DNA of 27,343 nucleotides from IMG/VR virus record IMGVR_UViG_3300037785_000094, positions 1-27,343 of that record. One strand, written 5' to 3'. Below the pieces are notes generated by a model. That model made no database searches, was not told the DNA's origin, and saw only the letters and a program-made list of their open reading frames with translations. Below are positions 7,105 to 17,119 of this stretch, piece after piece (positions within the stretch are counted from its first letter, which is position 1; every line of letters starts with the position of its first letter). Source of the DNA: a virus (taxonomy: Duplodnaviria > Caudoviricetes). Made by a program: the position numbers and the translations under genes.

Positions 7105-7221
7105 CGGTAACTCCTTGGTTTGGTTAATGTCTTGCCCCTTAAGGACAATCCCATGAATGCTTGGAACCGAGTGCTTATCAAGTCAATTAGACAAGAAAAT
7201 CGAAGAATAAGAGAGCGTTAG

Positions 7222-7785
7222 ATGACAACGTCCTATCCGGTATCCACCATCGCAAAATTGTTCGGTCTGACAGAGCGTCGCGTGCAGCAATTGGCCAAGG
7301 ACGGCATCATCCCGAAGCCTGAAAAGAACCAGTATGAGCTGGTGGGCTGTGTCCGTGCGTACATCAATTATTTACAGCAGCGTGCCTTTGGCAAAGGTGC
7401 CGCCCCGCGTGACACGCATCTGGAGCGTGCGCGGCTGATTAAAGCGCAGGCCGATATGGCTGAAATTGATCTGGCAGAAAAAACCGGTGCGCTGGTGACA
7501 ATAGATCGGCTTGAGGCTGACTGGATGGCGATGGTGAATGCCTGCCGTTCCAAGCTGCTCTCCATCCCCACCAAGGTGGCCTACCAGATTTCTAACCTCA
7601 AGGACCCGGAGGAGATTGAGAATTTCCTCAAGCGCACCATCCACGAGGCACTAACCGAATTAGCCAGTTACGAGCATGATGACAGCGAAGACCTACAGCC
7701 AGATGATCAGGACGGTGATATCGGCTTGGACGCCACCACCGGAATTGACGGTGAGCCAGTGGGCCGATCAGCACAGGAGGCTTAG
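7222..7785 (+). CDS. Terminase small subunit (gpNu1-like)
   Basis: N-terminal wHTH (IAKLFGLTERRVQQL..DGII), coiled coil ERARLIKAQAD; precedes terL. Confidence 0.85.
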   Translation: MTTSYPVSTIAKLFGLTERRVQQLAKDGIIPKPEKNQYELVGCVRAYINYLQQRAFGKGAAPRDTHLERARLIKAQADMAEIDLAEKTGALVTIDRLEADWMAMVNACRSKLLSIPTKVAYQISNLKDPEEIENFLKRTIHEALTELASYEHDDSEDLQPDDQDGDIGLDATTGIDGEPVGRSAQEA

Positions 7786-9502
7786 CCCCGAGGCCAGCAG
7801 TGAGCCGGGCCGTTGGGTGACCGACCGCGCTCCCTATCAGCGCGGTATGATGGATGCGGTGAATGAACCGGGCGTGTCGGAGGTGGTCTATATGACCAGC
7901 TCGCAGATCGGCAAAACCGAGATTCTCAATAATATCCTTGGCTATTTCACGCATCAGGACCCGTCACCGATGCTGATGATTCAGCCAACGCTGGATATGG
8001 CCGAGACATGGAGCAAGGACCGCCTTGCGCCGATGATACGCGACACGGAAGTGCTCACCGCACTGTTTAAGGACCCCAAATCCCGCGATAGCAACAATAC
8101 GCTGCTGCATAAAAAATTCGCCGGTGGCCATATCACCATGGCCGGTGCGAATAGCCCGTCCTCACTGGCTAGCCGCCCGATTCGGATTGTGCTGCTGGAT
8201 GAGGAAGATCGCTATCCGTCCTCTGCAGGTGCGGAAGGTGACCCGGGATCGCTGGCGCAGAAACGCTCGACCACCTTTTGGAACCGGCTGCTGGTTACGG
8301 CCAGCACGCCAACCATCGAGGGCGAGAGTAAGATTGATGCGCGGTATCAGCAGAGCGACATGCGCCGCTATTATGTGCCATGCCCGGAATGCGGCACGTT
8401 TCAGGTGCTCAGCTGGGCGCAGGTAAAATTTGACAAGGAACACCCCGAAAGCACGCGCTACGAGTGCGAGCATTGCAGGGTCAAGTTACAGGAAAGCGAT
8501 AAAATATGGATGCTCTCCCATGGAGAATGGCGAGCCGAGGCAGCGTTTAATGGTGTGGTCGGGTTCCATATCTCCGAGCTGTACAGCCCATGGGTTAAAT
8601 GGTCGGATATGGTGGTCAGCTTCCTTAAAGCGAAGCGATTGCCGGAAACGCTCAAGGTTTGGGTTAATACCTCGCTGGGCGAGACATGGAAGGACAAGAC
8701 GGAGGGCGTAGACCCATCCGGACTTCTCAAACGCAAGGAAAACTGGGGTCGCATCGCGCCTGAAGGCGTGATTGTGATTACCGTCGGTGTCGATGTGCAG
8801 GATGACCGGCTGGAAGCCGAGGTCATCGGTTGGGGCTTGGCGCAGGAAAGCTGGTCGCTGCAATATCATGTGCTGCATGGCGACCCGGCGCAGAATAAAG
8901 TCTGGGAAGATCTGGACGCGGTGCTGCACCAGACGATTCAGTCTGCCGATGGCCGCACCTTATCCTTGTCTGCCGCATGTGTGGATTCCGGCGGGCATCA
9001 GACGCAGCGCGTCTATGAATATTGCAAAGCCCGTGAGCATGAGCGCGTGTTTGCCATCAAAGGTGCCAGTCAGATTGGCAAACCGTTGGTGAGCAAGTTC
9101 AGCAAGAACAATAAGCTGCGCGTAAAGCTGTTCACCATTGGCACCGATACGGCCAAGCAGATGCTCTATTCGCGGCTGAAAATCCATCAACCCGGGCCGG
9201 GATACTGCCACTTTCCGGCAGATTATCCGGAGGAGTATTTCAAGCAGCTCACCGCCGAGCGAATTCAGACCAAGTTCGTCAATGGTCATCCCACCCGCGT
9301 GTGGGTGATGCCCAAAGGCAAACGCAACGAGGCGCTGGACTGCCGTGTCTATGGCATGGCAGCGCTGCATATCCTGAATCCGAACCTCGATGCGCTGGCA
9401 CAAAGCCAAGAGCGCGAGAAGCTGACGCGGCAGGAAAAACAGAAAACCAAGCAATCCCGTAGCTCCGAATGGATGGGCTACGAGGATTGGAATTTCAACT
9501 GA
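7676..9502 (+). CDS. Terminase large subunit (lambda gpA family)
   Basis: PYQRGMMDA, SSQIGKTE (Walker A), LLDEEDRY (Walker B), STPT, CPEC/CEHC, VGVDVQ, RNEALDC; exact start uncertain (7676, 7679 or 7703). Confidence 0.95.
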   Translation: MMTAKTYSQMIRTVISAWTPPPELTVSQWADQHRRLSPEASSEPGRWVTDRAPYQRGMMDAVNEPGVSEVVYMTSSQIGKTEILNNILGYFTHQDPSPMLMIQPTLDMAETWSKDRLAPMIRDTEVLTALFKDPKSRDSNNTLLHKKFAGGHITMAGANSPSSLASRPIRIVLLDEEDRYPSSAGAEGDPGSLAQKRSTTFWNRLLVTASTPTIEGESKIDARYQQSDMRRYYVPCPECGTFQVLSWAQVKFDKEHPESTRYECEHCRVKLQESDKIWMLSHGEWRAEAAFNGVVGFHISELYSPWVKWSDMVVSFLKAKRLPETLKVWVNTSLGETWKDKTEGVDPSGLLKRKENWGRIAPEGVIVITVGVDVQDDRLEAEVIGWGLAQESWSLQYHVLHGDPAQNKVWEDLDAVLHQTIQSADGRTLSLSAACVDSGGHQTQRVYEYCKAREHERVFAIKGASQIGKPLVSKFSKNNKLRVKLFTIGTDTAKQMLYSRLKIHQPGPGYCHFPADYPEEYFKQLTAERIQTKFVNGHPTRVWVMPKGKRNEALDCRVYGMAALHILNPNLDALAQSQEREKLTRQEKQKTKQSRSSEWMGYEDWNFN

Positions 9503-9509
9503 GGCAATC

Positions 9510-9731
9510 ATGGCACTGACATCAACACAGGCACAAACCGCGCTGGACGCATGGATAGCGGCTGATCTCGCCGTGGCGAAGGGCCAGAGCTATTCGATGA
9601 ACGGACGCTCGCTCACCTTGGCCAATGCGAAGGAAATCCGTGAGCAGATTCAATATTGGGAGCGTCGTGTAGCGGCTTTTACTACCGGTTCCACCGGAGG
9701 CGCGGCATTAGCGGATTTTAGCGATGGGTAA
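9510..9731 (+). CDS. Head-completion protein (gpW position, DUF6148-like)
   Basis: GQSYSMNGRSLT...IREQIQYWE; lies between terL and portal. Confidence 0.8.
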   Translation: MALTSTQAQTALDAWIAADLAVAKGQSYSMNGRSLTLANAKEIREQIQYWERRVAAFTTGSTGGAALADFSDG

Positions 9732-11289
9732 TATTTTCGACAAAGCAATCGAGGCGATCTCGCCTGAGGCGGCACTGCGGCGTGATACCGCCCGCAAGAT
9801 ACTGGCGGCGCAGCGTGCCTACGAGGCGGCACAGCCATCACGCCTGCGCAAAACCAAAACTGACCCCGGTTCCGGTGACGCGATTATTGAGCGTGCGGGT
9901 GAATCTTTGCGCCTTCAAGCGCGGCATCTGGACGAAAACCACGATCTGGCCGGTGGCGTGCTGGATTGTCTGGTGGCCAATGTGGTTGGGCGCGGCATTA
10001 CTGTGGAACCGCAGGTGAAACTGAAAAACGGTGAGCTGGCCAAAGAGATCAACGACCAGCTGGTCGAACTCTGGGAAGAATGGGTGCGTTTCCCGGAAGT
10101 TACATGGGAATGCCACTGGAATCACATGCTGCGTTTGTTGGCGCGGCACTGGTTCCGCGATGGTGAGGTGCTGGTCAAACACATCCAAGGCACCTCGGCC
10201 AATATCGACCATGGCACGCTGGTGCCATACTCGCTGGAGCTGATTGAAGCGGATTATCTGCCTTTTGATCACAATGACCAGAAGCGCAATATCGTCCACG
10301 GCGTGGAAAAGAACGGCTGGGGTCGCCCCAAAGCCTACCACCTTTATAAAGACCACCCGGGTGACGCGCATGTGCTGGCGCTCAAGCAGGATATGAAACG
10401 CTTTACCGCTGACAAAATCCTGCACCTAAAATTGACCCGCCGCATCAGCCAGACACGCGGCGTGTCCATCTTCGCCAGTGTGCTAACGCGCATGGAGGAT
10501 ATTAAGGATTACGAGGTGTCGGAACGCTTGGCGGCGAAAGTCGCAGCCAGCATCTGTGCCTATATCCGTAAAAGCCTCGATGGCCCGACCTCCGGCTTAC
10601 AGATGGATGATGCCGGTAATCGGCTCATGAAAATGCAGCCGGGGATGATTTTCGACAATCTGCTGCCCGGTGAGGAAGTCGGCATGATCGACAGCAACCG
10701 GCCCAACTCCATGCTGGAGCAGTTCAGGAATAGCCAGCTGCGAGCGGTAGCCGCCGGAACCAACACCAGCTTTTCCAGCATCGCCAAAGACTACAACGGC
10801 ACTTATTCGGCTCAGCGGCAGGAATTGGTCGAGCAGTCGGTGCATTACGCGGTGCTGCGTGAATACTTCATAGAACGCTGTGTGCGCCCAATCTGGGAGA
10901 GGTTTGTGGATATGGCCGTTTTATCCGGCCAGCTGAAAGTGCCGCAAAGCGCCATTAACCCGCGCACCCTGAAGAAAGCCGGGTTCCAAGGGCCAACCAT
11001 GCCATGGATTGACCCGCAGAAGGAAATCACTGCCGAGGAAAAAGCGGTGCAGTCGGGCTTCAAATCCCGGGCGCAGGTCATCCGCGAGCGCGGCGGCAAC
11101 CCGCAGGATGTATTCGAACAAATCAAGCAGGAGCGCGAACAGGAGAGCAAGGCCGGGATCAGCTTCACCACCTCCCAACCTGCCAAGGCCGCTGCCGATA
11201 ACCCATCACAGGAGAATGAAGATGAGCAAGACACAGGCGAAAAGCCAACCGGAAAAGATGCCGCAGGAGCTACTGACAAGGCAGATTGA
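9724..11289 (+). CDS. Portal protein, lambda family
   Basis: LRLQARHLDEN, RDGEV, QTRGVS, YSAQRQELVE and WIDPQKE motifs. Confidence 0.95.
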   Translation: MGNIFDKAIEAISPEAALRRDTARKILAAQRAYEAAQPSRLRKTKTDPGSGDAIIERAGESLRLQARHLDENHDLAGGVLDCLVANVVGRGITVEPQVKLKNGELAKEINDQLVELWEEWVRFPEVTWECHWNHMLRLLARHWFRDGEVLVKHIQGTSANIDHGTLVPYSLELIEADYLPFDHNDQKRNIVHGVEKNGWGRPKAYHLYKDHPGDAHVLALKQDMKRFTADKILHLKLTRRISQTRGVSIFASVLTRMEDIKDYEVSERLAAKVAASICAYIRKSLDGPTSGLQMDDAGNRLMKMQPGMIFDNLLPGEEVGMIDSNRPNSMLEQFRNSQLRAVAAGTNTSFSSIAKDYNGTYSAQRQELVEQSVHYAVLREYFIERCVRPIWERFVDMAVLSGQLKVPQSAINPRTLKKAGFQGPTMPWIDPQKEITAEEKAVQSGFKSRAQVIRERGGNPQDVFEQIKQEREQESKAGISFTTSQPAKAAADNPSQENEDEQDTGEKPTGKDAAGATDKAD

Positions 11290-13171
11290 CCTCAACCGTG
11301 ATTCCATCATTGACCCGGAAAGCCGCCTCGTGCGGCTTTCTTTTTCTTCGGAAGAACCGGTCACGCGCCAGAGCTTTTTCAGCGAGCCATGGATTGAGGT
11401 GCTCGGTCACGCAGATGGCGAGGTCGATTTCGAGCGGCTGAATAACAGCGCTCCGCTGCTCTACAACCATGACCGCTCCGAGCGCGACAACCGCATTGGT
11501 GTGGTTGAGCGTGCGTGGATTGAAAAAGGTCGTGGCTACGCCGAAGTGCGCCTTTCCAAACGCGCCGAGGTGGAAGGCATCTGGCAAGACGTGCGCGATG
11601 GCATTCTGCGCAATGTGTCGGTCGCGTACCGCATTAATGAGCGCAAGCTGCAGGAAGAAAACGAAAACACACCAGACCTCTATCGCGTGACCAGCTGGAC
11701 ACCGATGGAAATCTCTCTGGTCGATATTCCCGCCGACGCATCCGTTGGCATTGGCAGGAAACTGGAGGAGCGCATCCTCCCTTCACAACCCCAACCAAAA
11801 CTTAAGGAGAAACCTATGCCTGAGGCTACAAACGAGTTGCCCGAGCGTGCCGCGTCAATGGAAATTGACGAAACGCGCAAGGGTGAAATCATGGGTGAAG
11901 GTGCCAAACGGGCGCTGGAATCCGAAAAACTGCGCCGGAGTGAAATCCGCGCACTCTTTACCAATTATGATGACCATACGGAGGTGCGCGATCAATGTCT
12001 GGATGATCCGGCCATTGATATCAACGAGGCTCGTAAATTGCTGTTAGAGGCAATCGGCAAGCAGGAGCAACCCACCGCCGCCGGTCAACGCATTGAAATG
12101 GGTGAAAGCGATGTCGAGAAATTCTCTCGCGCTGCCGGTGATGCCATCGCGTTTCGCGCCGGTATCGCACCCAAAGATGCCAAACCCACCGATCTCTGTG
12201 GCTATACGCTCTTGGAAATGGCGCGTAAATCCTTGGAGCTGCGCGGTATCCGTACCGAGCGCATGGATAAGCGCGAATTGGTAGGTCGCGCCTTTACCCA
12301 TAGCACCTCCGATTTCCCCAAAGTGCTGGAGAATAACGCCCGCAAGGCGATGCTCCGGGGTTATGAGGAAGCCGAGGAAGTGTTCCAGCGCTTCACCCGC
12401 TCCGGAAACCTGTCCGATTTCAAACAGCACACCCGCGTGGGTATGGGCGTGTTTGATACGCTGGATGAGGTCAAAGAAGGTGGTGAATACAAGCATGGCA
12501 GCCTTGGTGAACGGCATGAAACCATTCAGCTGGCCACATACGGCAAGCTGTTTTCCATCACCCGTCAGGCCATTATCAATGACGACCTGACTGCGTTTAC
12601 CGACATCCCGCGCAAGATGGGACGTGCGGCGGCGCGTACCGTGGGCGATCTGGTGTTCAATGTCATCACCAGCAACCCGACCATGTCAGATGGTACGGCG
12701 CTATTCCACGCCGATCACAACAACCTTGCCGGTTCAGGTGGTGCGCCATCTGCGGCAACGGTGGGTGCCGGTCGAACCGCCATGCGTACCCAGAAAGATG
12801 GTGTGGCGACACTCAATATCAGCCCGTCCTTCTTCCTTGTGCCAGCGGCGCTGGAAGATACGGCGCGAGTGTTGATGGTGTCGGAAACTGACCCCAGCAA
12901 AACCAATAGCCGGATTCCGAACCCGGTGCGCGGCGCTGCTGAGATCATCGTTGATGCGCGGCTGGACGCGGATTCCACCACGGCGTGGTATCTGCTCGCC
13001 AATCCCAGCATCTTCGACACGATTGAGGTGGGCTATCTCGATGGCGTAGCGGCTCCATTCCTTGATCAGCAGGATGGCTGGTCAATTGACGGGGTGGAAT
13101 ACAAGGTGCGCATCGATGCCGCAGCGGCCCCGCTTGAGTTCCGCACGCTTTACAAAAACCCCGGCGCTTAA
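11222..13171 (+). CDS. Prohead protease - major capsid protein fusion
   Basis: Protease motifs LLYNHD, NVSVAY, EISLVDIPAD; capsid part HSTSDF, TYGKLFSITRQAIINDDL, LFHADHNNL; GGAG SD before ATG11222. Confidence 0.9.
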   Translation: MSKTQAKSQPEKMPQELLTRQIDLNRDSIIDPESRLVRLSFSSEEPVTRQSFFSEPWIEVLGHADGEVDFERLNNSAPLLYNHDRSERDNRIGVVERAWIEKGRGYAEVRLSKRAEVEGIWQDVRDGILRNVSVAYRINERKLQEENENTPDLYRVTSWTPMEISLVDIPADASVGIGRKLEERILPSQPQPKLKEKPMPEATNELPERAASMEIDETRKGEIMGEGAKRALESEKLRRSEIRALFTNYDDHTEVRDQCLDDPAIDINEARKLLLEAIGKQEQPTAAGQRIEMGESDVEKFSRAAGDAIAFRAGIAPKDAKPTDLCGYTLLEMARKSLELRGIRTERMDKRELVGRAFTHSTSDFPKVLENNARKAMLRGYEEAEEVFQRFTRSGNLSDFKQHTRVGMGVFDTLDEVKEGGEYKHGSLGERHETIQLATYGKLFSITRQAIINDDLTAFTDIPRKMGRAAARTVGDLVFNVITSNPTMSDGTALFHADHNNLAGSGGAPSAATVGAGRTAMRTQKDGVATLNISPSFFLVPAALEDTARVLMVSETDPSKTNSRIPNPVRGAAEIIVDARLDADSTTAWYLLANPSIFDTIEVGYLDGVAAPFLDQQDGWSIDGVEYKVRIDAAAAPLEFRTLYKNPGA

Positions 13172-13195
13172 TCCATAACCAACAGGAGAAAACCT

Positions 13196-13528
13196 ATGGC
13201 TACTAACTATGTTCAGGAGGGTAAAGCCCTCAACTATACCCCTTCGGGCGCGGACGTGTCCTCCGGGGATTTTGTGCTGATTGGCGCGATTGGCGGTGTC
13301 GCTAAAACCGACATTGCCGATGGTAAAACCGGCGCGGTGCATGTCACCGGCGTGTTTAGCGTGCCGAAGGCCAGCGGTGCCGTCACCCAAGGCGCAAAGC
13401 TCTATTGGAACAGCACCAACAGCAACCTGACCACCACCGCATCCGGCAATACCATTGTCGGTGTGGCGGCAGAAGCTGCTGCATCCGGTGATGCCAATGT
13501 CAAATTGCTGCTCAATGTCGGGCTGTAA
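13196..13528 (+). CDS. DUF2190-family capsid cement/decoration protein
   Basis: MATNYVQEG...GVA..DIA.G..G....GVF..PK pattern; directly after the capsid gene. Confidence 0.85.
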   Translation: MATNYVQEGKALNYTPSGADVSSGDFVLIGAIGGVAKTDIADGKTGAVHVTGVFSVPKASGAVTQGAKLYWNSTNSNLTTTASGNTIVGVAAEAAASGDANVKLLLNVGL

Positions 13529-13530
13529 TC

Positions 13531-13842
13531 ATGGGCTTCATTGATGACATGGCCGATCACCACCTCTCGATACTGGACAGGCTGGATGGGCGCGAGATCA
13601 CCTACACACCGAATGGCGGTGCGTCTCGCGTTCTCTCCGGTCTGTTTCAAGCATATTCCGAGCTAACAGGCGGTGAAAGCGTGGATGTGGTGATCAGCAG
13701 CCCGGTGCTGTCGGTACGCACACAGGATATTCCCGAGATCGCCGTGGGTGACCAGTTCACCATCGAGGCGGTGGATTATGAAGTGGCCGTCATTCGCCCG
13801 GATGAGGAAGGCATTACCGAATTAACGCTGGAGAAACTATGA
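13531..13842 (+). CDS. Head-tail joining protein (gpFII-like)
   Basis: Size, position and C-terminal GDQFTI...YEV....PD..G.TEL.L pattern. Confidence 0.7.
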   Translation: MGFIDDMADHHLSILDRLDGREITYTPNGGASRVLSGLFQAYSELTGGESVDVVISSPVLSVRTQDIPEIAVGDQFTIEAVDYEVAVIRPDEEGITELTLEKL

Positions 13843-14282
13843 GTCACGCACGCACACAGATACGTCAGGCGGTGATTGCACTGCTCAAAGGCAATACCAG
13901 TGCGGGCAATAATGTGTTTGAAGCGCGTGTCTACCCAATTGATGACCCAAAACTGCCAGCCTTGCTTGTTTACACCAAGCTGGAAACGCTGGGCGAACAA
14001 TCCATGTCGCGCCCGCGCACCCAGCAGCGGGAATTGCGCCTGAGCATTGAAGTCTATGTCAAAGCCCGGGGCAAAGTGGATGAAGATACCGATGCGCTGG
14101 CCTTGGAAATCGAGCAGCTGATCGCCGCCGATGTCACCTTGGGCGGGCTGGTCAAAGACATGGTGCTGGATACCACCGAAACCCAATTTTCCGATGATGG
14201 AGAGCGGCCAGTGGCCGTGGCAGTAATGAATTACGCCATTCTCTACACCGTCAAAGAACATCAGCCTCAAACGCTCGTCTGA
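13839..14282 (+). CDS. Tail terminator (gpU-like)
   Basis: MSHARTQIRQAV..LL and LPALLVY; immediately before the tail tube gene. Confidence 0.7.
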   Translation: MSHARTQIRQAVIALLKGNTSAGNNVFEARVYPIDDPKLPALLVYTKLETLGEQSMSRPRTQQRELRLSIEVYVKARGKVDEDTDALALEIEQLIAADVTLGGLVKDMVLDTTETQFSDDGERPVAVAVMNYAILYTVKEHQPQTLV

Positions 14283-14322
14283 CGCTGCTGCATTTAATCA
14301 ACCCCATAACAGGAGAAACACT

Positions 14323-14715
14323 ATGGCCACGCACGCCGGTAGCGAGGGTAAGGTCTTTATTGGATCGGACCAAGTCGCTGAAATTAAATCATGGTCGATG
14401 GAGATTACCTCCGACACCGTAGACGCATCCATCATTGGCACCTCATGGCGCAAAAACCAAGCCACCATCAAAGGCTGGTCCGGCAGCTTTGACGGTTTCT
14501 GGGATGAAACGGATACAACGGGCCAAGGCGCACTTAGCGCAGGCGGCACCGTGACGCTCAATCTTTACCCCGAAGGCGATGACACTGGCGCTACCTATTG
14601 GAGCGGTGACGCGATCATCACCTCTATTTCTTACAACGCCTCGTTTGATGGTCTGGTGGAAGCCTCGTTCAGCTTCACCGGCACCGGGGCGCTGACTGAA
14701 TCAACCGTAGCTTAG
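14323..14715 (+). CDS. Major tail tube protein
   Basis: Strong AGGAG SD; WSGSFDGFWD and C-terminal SFSFTGTGAL typical of siphovirus tubes. Confidence 0.8.
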   Translation: MATHAGSEGKVFIGSDQVAEIKSWSMEITSDTVDASIIGTSWRKNQATIKGWSGSFDGFWDETDTTGQGALSAGGTVTLNLYPEGDDTGATYWSGDAIITSISYNASFDGLVEASFSFTGTGALTESTVA

Positions 14716-14725
14716 GGAGGAGAAG

Positions 14726-15103
14726 ATGAGTGTTATTAATCGTGCTACTGCTCATTACGCGGCGCAGGAAAGGCTGATCATCTCGGTTCCTGAATGGGGC
14801 GATGAGTCCGGACCGCTTATGGTGCATGTGTTCCCGATGACCATGGCCGAGGTCAATTTGATGCAGAAGATTGCCAGCAAGAAAGCCAGCAATATCGAGC
14901 AGGCAGCCAATATCATCGTGGTGAAAGCCAAGGATGAGAGCGGCAAGCGCATCTTCAGCATCAATGACCGCGATAAACTGATGCAGGAGGCAGATTACCG
15001 TGTCGTCTCACGCATCGCAGAAAAGATCGAGGAACATTTCTTCGGTGATCTGGATACCCATAAGGGAAACTCCGACGCGACCCCTTCCGACGCAAACAGT
15101 TAG
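14726..15103 (+). CDS. Tail assembly chaperone (gpG-like)
   Basis: Between tube and tape measure; slippery G GGA AAC near the 3' end. Confidence 0.8.
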   Translation: MSVINRATAHYAAQERLIISVPEWGDESGPLMVHVFPMTMAEVNLMQKIASKKASNIEQAANIIVVKAKDESGKRIFSINDRDKLMQEADYRVVSRIAEKIEEHFFGDLDTHKGNSDATPSDANS

Positions 15104-15234
15104 CTCTGTCATGGCGGCTGAGCCGACCGCTGGCTGAGATCGAAGCCATGGATACCCGCCAGTTTATGGAGTGGGTCGCATTTTTTGAACTTCAAACCGA
15201 ACAGATAAGTAAACACCATGGCAAGATTCGCTGA
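15064..15234 (+). CDS. -1 frameshift extension of the chaperone (gpT-like)
   Basis: GGGAAAC at 15064-15070 in X XXY YYZ phase; the -1 frame reads LRRDPFRRKQLALSWRLSRPLAEIEAMDTRQFMEWVAFFELQTEQISKHHGKIR to TGA at 15232-15234. Confidence 0.85.
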   Translation, partial: GKLRRDPFRRKQLALSWRLSRPLAEIEAMDTRQFMEWVAFFELQTEQISKHHGKIR

Positions 15235-17119
15235 GGCCAAATTTACGATACGTGCGATCAATAAGACGCAAAAAGCCTTCGCGGAGATCAACAATAACGT
15301 ATCGAATATGGATCGCCGCTTCTCTAAGCTGGGACGCGGGTTGAGCCGTATTGGTGGATTGATGGCCACGGCTTTTGTCGGCAGGCAGCTGGTCGATACC
15401 ATCACCAAGTTTGAAAAGCTGGAAGCGTCTTTGCGCACTGTCACCGGCTCGGCTGATAAAGCAGCGGTCGCCTTTGGCTTTATTCAGGATTTTGCGGCGA
15501 CCACGCCGTTCCAGCTGGAAGAAGTCACGGATGCCTTCATCAAACTGAAAGCACTGGGACTGACACCTTCGGAAGATGCCCTAACATCTTATGGCAATAC
15601 CGCCAGCGCCATGGGCAAAAGCCTCAATCAGATGATTGAAGCGGTGGCCGATGCCGCGACCGGTGAGTTTGAGCGCCTGAAAGAGTTTGGTATCAAGGCC
15701 AAAAGCCAAGGCGATCAGGTAACCTTTACCTTCCAAGGGGTGAGCACCACTGTTGGCAAAAACGCCAAGGAAATTGAAGGCTATCTGCAATCTATCGGTA
15801 ATGTGCAATTTGCCGGTGCGATGAAAGAACAGGCAGGCACGCTCAATGTCGCACTGTCCAACATGGGCGATGCCTTCTCCAAGCTGGTCAAAGCCATTGG
15901 CGATGCCGGTCTGACCGATATTTTAATGGCCGTGGCCAATGCCATCAAATGGCTGGCCGAGAAAATCACCGCCGCCATTCCGCTGTTCAAGCTGGGCTTT
16001 AAAGCCATTGTCGGGGAAGTCATCAAATTCGGCAATCTGTTCATTGCTGTATTTAAAGGTGTCGGGCGTGCGTTTCAGGCATTTGGAGAAACCATCTCCG
16101 CTCGTTTCGAAGCGCTCGGCAAAGACCTCGCCGCTTTTATTGAAAATCCGCTGGGCGGCGTATCGTTTGAGAATACCCGCGCCGCGCTGGAAACCGGCCT
16201 GCTGGATGCGATGGGTAATGCCTTCGATAAGGCGCTGGCGGAAGCGCGGGAATTCAATACCGCCATTGATGCGGAAATTCAGGGTGCGGCACTCAAAATG
16301 GCCGAGGCGCGTCAGGCAAAGAATGCCTCGCTGGCCAGCCTGTTTGAGGAAACCCAGACACCGGAAAAGACCGAAGAAACCAGCAAGGCCACCGAGAAAT
16401 TTACTAAGCTGCAGCGTGAGGCACAGCGCATCATTGAATCCACGCGCACCCCGTTAGAACGCTACAATCAGGAAATGGAGCTGCTCAATAAGCTGCTCAA
16501 AGAAGGCCATATCAATCAGGAAACCTTCGGTCGCGCCATGGAACAGGCACAGGAACGCCTGCAGAAATCCTCTGAAAAAGTGGGCGATGTGATCGAGGGT
16601 GAATTTGCTGACCTTGGCAAAACCATGGAAGGCAGCATTGCCGACTCGCTGGATGCCATTAATGGCCGGTTTGATAGCTTTGGTGACTTCGCCAAAGGAT
16701 TCCTGTCTGATCTGAACCGATCCCTGCTGCAATTTGCGCTCAAAGACCTCGGCATCACCGGTAAAGGCGGCATGATCGATGGGCTGTTTAGCTCCATCGG
16801 CGGTCTGTTCAAAGGTGGTGGCGGTTCCGGCGGTGGCTTTGGCAGCATCCTTTCCAGCGTGGGCAGCATGTTCGGCGGTTTCTTCGCAGATGGCGGCACG
16901 CTTAAAGCCGGTCAGTTCGGTGTGGTTGGTGAGCGCGGGCCGGAGCTGGCCTTCGCTGGCAATTCCCCGATGCACATCATGCCAAATGGCATGGGCGCAG
17001 CACCGGTCAATGTCACCATGAATATTCAAACCCCTGATGCGCGTGGGTTCCGGCAAAGCCAAGGCCAAATCGCCGCAGACATGGCGCGTTCGATTGAGCG
17101 TGCAAGGAGGAATTTATGA
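15218..17119 (+). CDS. Tape measure protein
   Basis: Helical Ala/Gly-rich sequence; FAATTPFQLEEV, GEFERLKEFGI; C-terminal FADGG...VGERGPE. Confidence 0.92.
   Translation: MARFAEAKFTIRAINKTQKAFAEINNNVSNMDRRFSKLGRGLSRIGGLMATAFVGRQLVDTITKFEKLEASLRTVTGSADKAAVAFGFIQDFAATTPFQLEEVTDAFIKLKALGLTPSEDALTSYGNTASAMGKSLNQMIEAVADAATGEFERLKEFGIKAKSQGDQVTFTFQGVSTTVGKNAKEIEGYLQSIGNVQFAGAMKEQAGTLNVALSNMGDAFSKLVKAIGDAGLTDILMAVANAIKWLAEKITAAIPLFKLGFKAIVGEVIKFGNLFIAVFKGVGRAFQAFGETISARFEALGKDLAAFIENPLGGVSFENTRAALETGLLDAMGNAFDKALAEAREFNTAIDAEIQGAALKMAEARQAKNASLASLFEETQTPEKTEETSKATEKFTKLQREAQRIIESTRTPLERYNQEMELLNKLLKEGHINQETFGRAMEQAQERLQKSSEKVGDVIEGEFADLGKTMEGSIADSLDAINGRFDSFGDFAKGFLSDLNRSLLQFALKDLGITGKGGMIDGLFSSIGGLFKGGGGSGGGFGSILSSVGSMFGGFFADGGTLKAGQFGVVGERGPELAFAGNSPMHIMPNGMGAAPVNVTMNIQTPDARGFRQSQGQIAADMARSIERARRNL

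Noticed and set aside
7153-7181. TTGATA-17-ATTCAT promoter for the antisense genes
   Set aside because: The -10 match is too poor to call from sequence alone
11009-11221. Longer N-terminus for the protease-capsid ORF, and similar upstream starts at 348, 2799, 3579, 18343 and 25570
   Set aside because: They overlap upstream genes extensively; downstream starts have SD sites or stop-start coupling
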